Source of the DNA: a virus
Taxonomy: Duplodnaviria; Caudoviricetes
Virus record (IMG/VR): IMGVR_UViG_3300024187_000002
Coordinates: 1 to 64,000 of that record
DNA length: 64,000 nt
Strand: one strand, 5' to 3'
Positions 59,230 through 64,000 of this stretch are shown here, one piece after another. The position numbers and the translations under genes are program-made. How positions within the stretch are numbered: position 1 is the stretch's first letter; every line of letters starts with the position of its first letter. The notes beneath the pieces were generated by a model. That model was not told where the DNA came from, did not search any database, and saw only the letters and a program-made list of their open reading frames with translations.

Positions 59230-60705
59230 GTGATCAACGTAGATGCTCTTGAGGTAGAGATACGGCAAAAGTTCGCTAAACTTCGTAATCGGTTCCAAGC
59301 CGAGATTCCCGACACTTCCAAGCATCCCAACCAGCACGCCTTCGTCCACAGCACAGCTAAGCGTAACGTGATTCGCGCGGGCCGTCGCGGCGGGAAAACT
59401 TTTGGCACTGCTATACGTGCGGTCACTCGCTTTCAGCAAGGGGCGAGAGTGTTGTACGCTGCGCCGACTCAAGACCAGCTAGATCGATTCTGGGTTACGG
59501 TCTGCCGGTGTTTACAGAAGTCGATTGACTCGAAACAGATTTACAAGAACGAGACTCGGCACATCCTAGAAGTTCCCGGTACGGAGCAAAGGATTAGAGC
59601 TAAGACGGCGTGGAATGCCGACTCTCTCCGTGGTGATTATGCAGACGAGTTAATTCTTGATGAGTGGCAGCTAATGAACGAGGACGCGTGGAGGCTTGTG
59701 GGCGCTCCAATGTTGGCTGATAAGAACGGGAACGTGACGTTCATTTACACTCCGCCGTCCCTGCACTCGCGCTCAGCGTCTAAGGCTGACGACCCCCAAC
59801 ACGCGGCCAAGTTATTTAAGCGAGCCAAACAAGATACTACAGGTCGATGGGCGGTGTTTCACTTCTCTAGCCGAGAGAACCCCTACATTAGTCAGGACGC
59901 TATTGAGGAATTAGCACAGGATATGACGGCTTTAGCTTATCGGATGGAGATTGAAGCTGAAGACGTAGATCAGAATCCGGGCGCGTTGTGGACGCGAGAA
60001 GTTATCGAGAAAGGACGACTCGGAGAGAACGACGTACCCGACTTGGAAAGAATCGTGGTAGCCGTAGACCCGTCGGCTACAGCTGACGGTGATGAGGCCG
60101 GGATAACAGTTGTAGGCAGCGCTAATGGTCACGGGTATTTACTAGCGGATGTGAGCAAACAAGGTAGTCCTGCTCAATGGGCTGAAACAGCAATTTCAAC
60201 GTTTCACTATTACGATGCTGATCAGATTATCGCAGAATCAAACAATGGCGGTGAGATGGTCAAGCTAACTCTAAACACGGTCGATCCTCGCGTGCCCGTC
60301 ACGTTGGTTCACGCCTCAAGAGGGAAACAGACCAGAGCGGAGCCAGTAGCGGCACTAGCCGAACATGCAAGATTGCACCATGTTGGTAAATTTCCGTTGT
60401 TAGAGGACGAACTGTGTTTGTGGATGCCAGGGGATGATTCGCCGAATAGGCTAGACGCTTTTGTTTGGGGAGTGTCGGCGTTGAATTTATTCAAATGGCA
60501 AGAGAACCCGCGCAGTCGAAAAGAGATGATTCACCGTGCTATTCCAGATAAGTATAAACCCGAAACACTGCAAACGAATTACTCCCACGCTCAAGAGATG
60601 GCGGTGAGATTTCAATATGAACAAGCCAAGAAAAAGGTGCAGACTTCACGGGTATATGAGTTCAACGAGTGGCTTGATCCGGTTGAAGAACGAGACGAAG
60701 GCTGA
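59230..60705 (+). CDS. terL: Terminase large subunit
   Basis: AGRRGGKT Walker A, LILDE Walker B, VAVDP and NRLDA RNase-H acidic residues. Confidence 0.95.
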   Translation: MINVDALEVEIRQKFAKLRNRFQAEIPDTSKHPNQHAFVHSTAKRNVIRAGRRGGKTFGTAIRAVTRFQQGARVLYAAPTQDQLDRFWVTVCRCLQKSIDSKQIYKNETRHILEVPGTEQRIRAKTAWNADSLRGDYADELILDEWQLMNEDAWRLVGAPMLADKNGNVTFIYTPPSLHSRSASKADDPQHAAKLFKRAKQDTTGRWAVFHFSSRENPYISQDAIEELAQDMTALAYRMEIEAEDVDQNPGALWTREVIEKGRLGENDVPDLERIVVAVDPSATADGDEAGITVVGSANGHGYLLADVSKQGSPAQWAETAISTFHYYDADQIIAESNNGGEMVKLTLNTVDPRVPVTLVHASRGKQTRAEPVAALAEHARLHHVGKFPLLEDELCLWMPGDDSPNRLDAFVWGVSALNLFKWQENPRSRKEMIHRAIPDKYKPETLQTNYSHAQEMAVRFQYEQAKKKVQTSRVYEFNEWLDPVEERDEG

Positions 60706-60749
60706 ACTTTGCTATTTACGTTTACGGTCAATAAGCATATGATTCGCCC

Positions 60750-62033
60750 ATGCCTGACGGATTGTCATCGACTGATTATTTCCGCGCTAATCTGCCTCAA
60801 GTAGAAGCCTTAAAGAAGAGGCAGTTATTTGACGCGATGAAGAACGCCGCACCACAACCTACAGGTTCACGAGTAGGTATTGGATCGAATGGAAGCTTAA
60901 CAGGGGTGAAGATGCCTGACGCGGACGTGATGAAACCGCTAACCACTCCAACTAGTCCAGTGATTAACGTTCCAACGCCTGACACCTCCAGTTTAGCCGA
61001 GCGCCAGCCGGTGCGTATGGGCATAGACTTGTCTGGGTTGAAAGGTTCTGATCGCGGGTTAGCTCAACTTCAGGCGATGCAGGATGCGGACAGTGAAGGG
61101 TTGAATACCAAGACCGCTGGTGATTTTGTAGAAACACAAGCGCCGCGGCCTATGCATTTAGGACTGTTGGAACACCTGAAGAACGCGGGGAAAGATTTAG
61201 TCATCAACATGGGCCAGTATGCTAAAACCCATCCCGGTGCAAGTACGGGAGAATTGCTAGGTGCTGGCGGTGCTGGTGCTTTAGTTGGCGGGATCAGCCC
61301 TGACGCTGGTGATGTGCTGAATCGAAAATATCAAATTGAGCAGCAACAAGGCGACGTGGCGAATCAGCTAGGGATTGAAGGCCGACAAGCTCAAGTAGTC
61401 AACGAGCAAAATAAACCGTTAGTTGACTTGGCGAGAATTAAGGCACAAACAGAAAAAGCAAGGGCTGACGCCGAGAGAGAGGATGCAAAGCTCAAAGAGA
61501 CGGCGCAGTATCATAAGGATACGATTGCCGAACGTACAAACAGGACGCGAGCAGAACGCGCGCCGCTATTACGAGAACGGGAGAATGGAGACGGCACGAA
61601 GACAACGCTGAAGTCTACGGACAATGGCGCGACGTGGGCTGAAGTTCCTGAATTAGCGTCATTGTCTAAGCCAAAGGACACCCAAGACTACGCTCAGCTT
61701 CGCGATTGGAATTATAAGAAGCAGAATGAAGCAGCCGCAGCCGAGAAGGACTTACGCCAACAAGCTGATGCGATTAAGATCGTAACTGTAGACGATGAAG
61801 AGAAGAAAAAGAACCTCATGTCTCGTGCTGACGAGGCCGCAAAGAATGTTTTGAAGTATCGAGACGAGGGAGATAAGGCGGCAGCTAAGATTAAAATGCA
61901 ATCTGCTTCAAGCGTGCCGTCACCATCTACTCATGTTCTGAATAAGAAAGCGTGGTTACAATCTCACGATCTTAAGGACTGGCCTAAAGCAGTAGCAGCA
62001 GCTAAGAGTGCGGGGTATCAGATAGTGCAATGA
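60750..62033 (+). CDS. Putative DNA ejection/internal virion protein
   Basis: 427 aa, helical, G/A patch LLGAGGAGALVGG, long coiled coil; promoter TTTACG-17-TATGAT at 60715-60743. Confidence 0.5.
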   Translation: MPDGLSSTDYFRANLPQVEALKKRQLFDAMKNAAPQPTGSRVGIGSNGSLTGVKMPDADVMKPLTTPTSPVINVPTPDTSSLAERQPVRMGIDLSGLKGSDRGLAQLQAMQDADSEGLNTKTAGDFVETQAPRPMHLGLLEHLKNAGKDLVINMGQYAKTHPGASTGELLGAGGAGALVGGISPDAGDVLNRKYQIEQQQGDVANQLGIEGRQAQVVNEQNKPLVDLARIKAQTEKARADAEREDAKLKETAQYHKDTIAERTNRTRAERAPLLRERENGDGTKTTLKSTDNGATWAEVPELASLSKPKDTQDYAQLRDWNYKKQNEAAAAEKDLRQQADAIKIVTVDDEEKKKNLMSRADEAAKNVLKYRDEGDKAAAKIKMQSASSVPSPSTHVLNKKAWLQSHDLKDWPKAVAAAKSAGYQIVQ

Positions 62034-62305
62034 CAGACTGCCTTAATCCGACGTGTAGTCATCCACACGACGATCATTTACCCGTTTGTGTTCGTTGTGC
62101 GTGTGCCCGGTTTGTCTTTCCATCGCTGAATGCGCCCGTGACCGACTGCGGCGGTGGCGCTCTCACGCGAGAGTGGGCGATCGAGAATTTGACCACTGCC
62201 GAAGCTCAATATGAACGCAACCCCTCTTATGCTAACAAGTGTCGCATTACTGCGTACAAGATGCTCTTGCCACTCTTTATTGAAGAATCCGATGCGGTTC
62301 AGTAG
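62030..62305 (+). CDS. Small Cys/His zinc-binding protein
   Basis: C..TCSH..H..C..CAC. Confidence 0.45.
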   Translation: MTDCLNPTCSHPHDDHLPVCVRCACARFVFPSLNAPVTDCGGGALTREWAIENLTTAEAQYERNPSYANKCRITAYKMLLPLFIEESDAVQ

Positions 62306-64000
62306 ATGCCTGACGATCCTAACGACATTCTGTCTGGTGGTTTGGTTCCTCGTACTCCGCGTTCAATAGACCCGTCAGAACGTGTTAGACAAATTGCGTC
62401 ACGCGCCCAAATCTCGCCTGACGTTGCGGATGACTACCTGAAAACAACTCAAGTTGAATCGGGCCATAACGTAAACGTTCGTGATAGCTCCAAGGGGGCG
62501 CAGGGCTTTGGGCAGGTGATGCCGGATCGTCCGGGCGGCACGATTCGCACTGTGGGTGGCAGGCAGTACAATCTCCGAAATCCCGATGAAAACATCGAGG
62601 CGGGCTTACGGTATTTCAACGAAGGCGGCCCCGATCCGGTTAGTCGAAGGCTCTATTATTTCGGCGGCCCAAAAGCTAAACGCCACTATGAGAGCACGGG
62701 ACAGATACCAAATATTTCAGACGGAAATATGTCCGCCGCGCAATACGTAAAAGCTACTGGCGGCAGTGTACCGAATAGACCTATTCGCGCCCAAGAGCCA
62801 TCAATTCTCAGTGGGGGATTAGTCAGTAAAAGCCCTGCGTCTAAAACTGAGACGCCTGACATTCTCTCAGGTGGATTAGTTGAGGCAAGTCCGTCCAGCC
62901 CGGCAAGTCCTGACAATTCAGGACAAGTCCCGGCAAGTCCACCTCTGACTACTAATGATGCTGCATGGCACTTTGGCACGACGCCGGACGAAGCGAGACG
63001 ATTAACGCCCAAGGCCCAACAGATATTAAGTGAAGCAGTCGCGGAAGATCAGCGCAAGAAAGCAGCAGGCCAACAAGTTCAGCAACCGTCTCTGAAGTAT
63101 CAGAACGATATGCGTAAGGCGGCAGGGCTAAGACCGTTAAAGTACAACATTGTCACTGATGAGACCAAGACTGCGCCTTACTACCAACCAACCACAGTTC
63201 CCTTCATGCTGAAAGAGAAGGCCCCGATTCAGGTCAAGCCGCGCCCGTTTACTTTCCAATCGCCAAGCGATGAGCAAATAAAAGAGTCGATTAGACGAGA
63301 GGTATTAGCATCAGCGAGACAAGATACACATCTGCATCCTGAGGCGGGTAACGATATCAACCAGACTGACATTGAAAACATCGTCAACCAACGATTCGCG
63401 GATTACAAGGCGAACCAAGCGAGCGAAACGACTGCGGCGCAGCTTGGGCCAAGTATGCAAGCGCGTCAACGAGGCATCGGAGAGCGCGTCAGCGAGAAAT
63501 TAGGTGATGTCGCTACAAGTCTGAATATCGACACTCCGATGGGACTGAAGACGGACGTGTTAAGAGGCGCAGCCAAAGGTCTATTATTGCCTGTCCCGTC
63601 ACGCACGATTTCACCAGAGGAGAAGTTAGTCGATCCAAGTGCTGAGGCGTGGCAGAAGTCGTTCCTTGGGCCTGAATCAGTCGGAGAGTTGGCGACCGCG
63701 TTCATTCCTTACGTTGGTGCAGGGAAGCTTGTTTCTAAGCTGGGCGTAGCGAGTCCTGTATTGAGAGACGCACTAACGTTCGGAGTTGTGGATGCGGCGA
63801 AACAATTCTCGCAGACGGGAAAGATTGACCCGCAATCCGTAGCCGAATCGCTATTGATGGGTGGCGCGATGGGGAAGATTGCGGGACTTGATCCAAGTCT
63901 AAAGCGTAGAATAGTTGCGTATCTTGCCCCTCAAGTAGCCGTAGGATTGGCAAAGGGTCAACCCGCGTCGCAGATAGCTCAGGGTGCTGTTACTAATTTA
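62306..64000 (+). CDS. Large internal virion protein with lytic transglycosylase (SLT) domain, 3'-partial
   Basis: Runs off the window (565 codons), so absent from the track. QVESG catalytic Glu-Ser, GAQGFGQVM, NIEAGLRYF. Confidence 0.85.
   Translation, partial: MPDDPNDILSGGLVPRTPRSIDPSERVRQIASRAQISPDVADDYLKTTQVESGHNVNVRDSSKGAQGFGQVMPDRPGGTIRTVGGRQYNLRNPDENIEAGLRYFNEGGPDPVSRRLYYFGGPKAKRHYESTGQIPNISDGNMSAAQYVKATGGSVPNRPIRAQEPSILSGGLVSKSPASKTETPDILSGGLVEASPSSPASPDNSGQVPASPPLTTNDAAWHFGTTPDEARRLTPKAQQILSEAVAEDQRKKAAGQQVQQPSLKYQNDMRKAAGLRPLKYNIVTDETKTAPYYQPTTVPFMLKEKAPIQVKPRPFTFQSPSDEQIKESIRREVLASARQDTHLHPEAGNDINQTDIENIVNQRFADYKANQASETTAAQLGPSMQARQRGIGERVSEKLGDVATSLNIDTPMGLKTDVLRGAAKGLLLPVPSRTISPEEKLVDPSAEAWQKSFLGPESVGELATAFIPYVGAGKLVSKLGVASPVLRDALTFGVVDAAKQFSQTGKIDPQSVAESLLMGGAMGKIAGLDPSLKRRIVAYLAPQVAVGLAKGQPASQIAQGAVTNL

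Noticed and set aside
1-64000. CRISPR array, DGR or retron
   Set aside because: No repeat-spacer periodicity and no reverse transcriptase motif seen; the tail-fibre repeats are contiguous coding repeats.
1-64000. Stop-codon reassignment
   Set aside because: Conserved genes are intact in the standard code and end at TAA, TAG and TGA with coupled neighbours.
1-64000. Integrase or CI-type repressor proving lysogeny
   Set aside because: No recombinase or peptidase-bearing repressor recognised; lifestyle is left open because the window is partial.

Overview
A 64-kb slice of a tailed dsDNA phage genome, roughly 50% GC by eye, with no bacterial housekeeping flanks. It looks podovirus-like: portal, capsid, tail-tubular-like and ejection-like proteins are present, but no tape measure, tube or sheath. 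Layout: (1) 1-27.9 kb, + strand, morphogenesis: partial portal, scaffold, major capsid, head-tail proteins, tail fibre, a modification cluster (PP-loop enzyme, Ser-rich protein, GT4, sugar acetyltransferase), a beta-helix tailspike, a stand-alone PAS domain and membrane proteins. (2) 28-47 kb, - strand, replication/recombination: RusA-like, NinG, methyltransferase, SF2 helicase, beta clamp, DnaB, initiator, RNA ligase, tnpB remnant, SSB, YqaJ, ERF, NinB. (3) 47-56 kb, small mosaic early genes, including DUF433 and XRE. (4) 56-64 kb: TerS, a tRNA-like RNA, TerL, then two ejection-like proteins, the last with a lytic transglycosylase domain running off the window. Four HNH cassettes sit at gene 3' ends. 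I recognised no integrase, endolysin, DNA polymerase, reverse transcriptase or CRISPR array. Top leads: a FixL-like PAS sensor coupled to membrane genes; a candidate virion-glycosylation module; several unannotated structured RNAs (rep leader, RNA upstream of the ligase, tRNA mimic, type I TA-like locus). All family calls come from motif recognition by eye; no database search or RNA folding was run, and the host is unknown.
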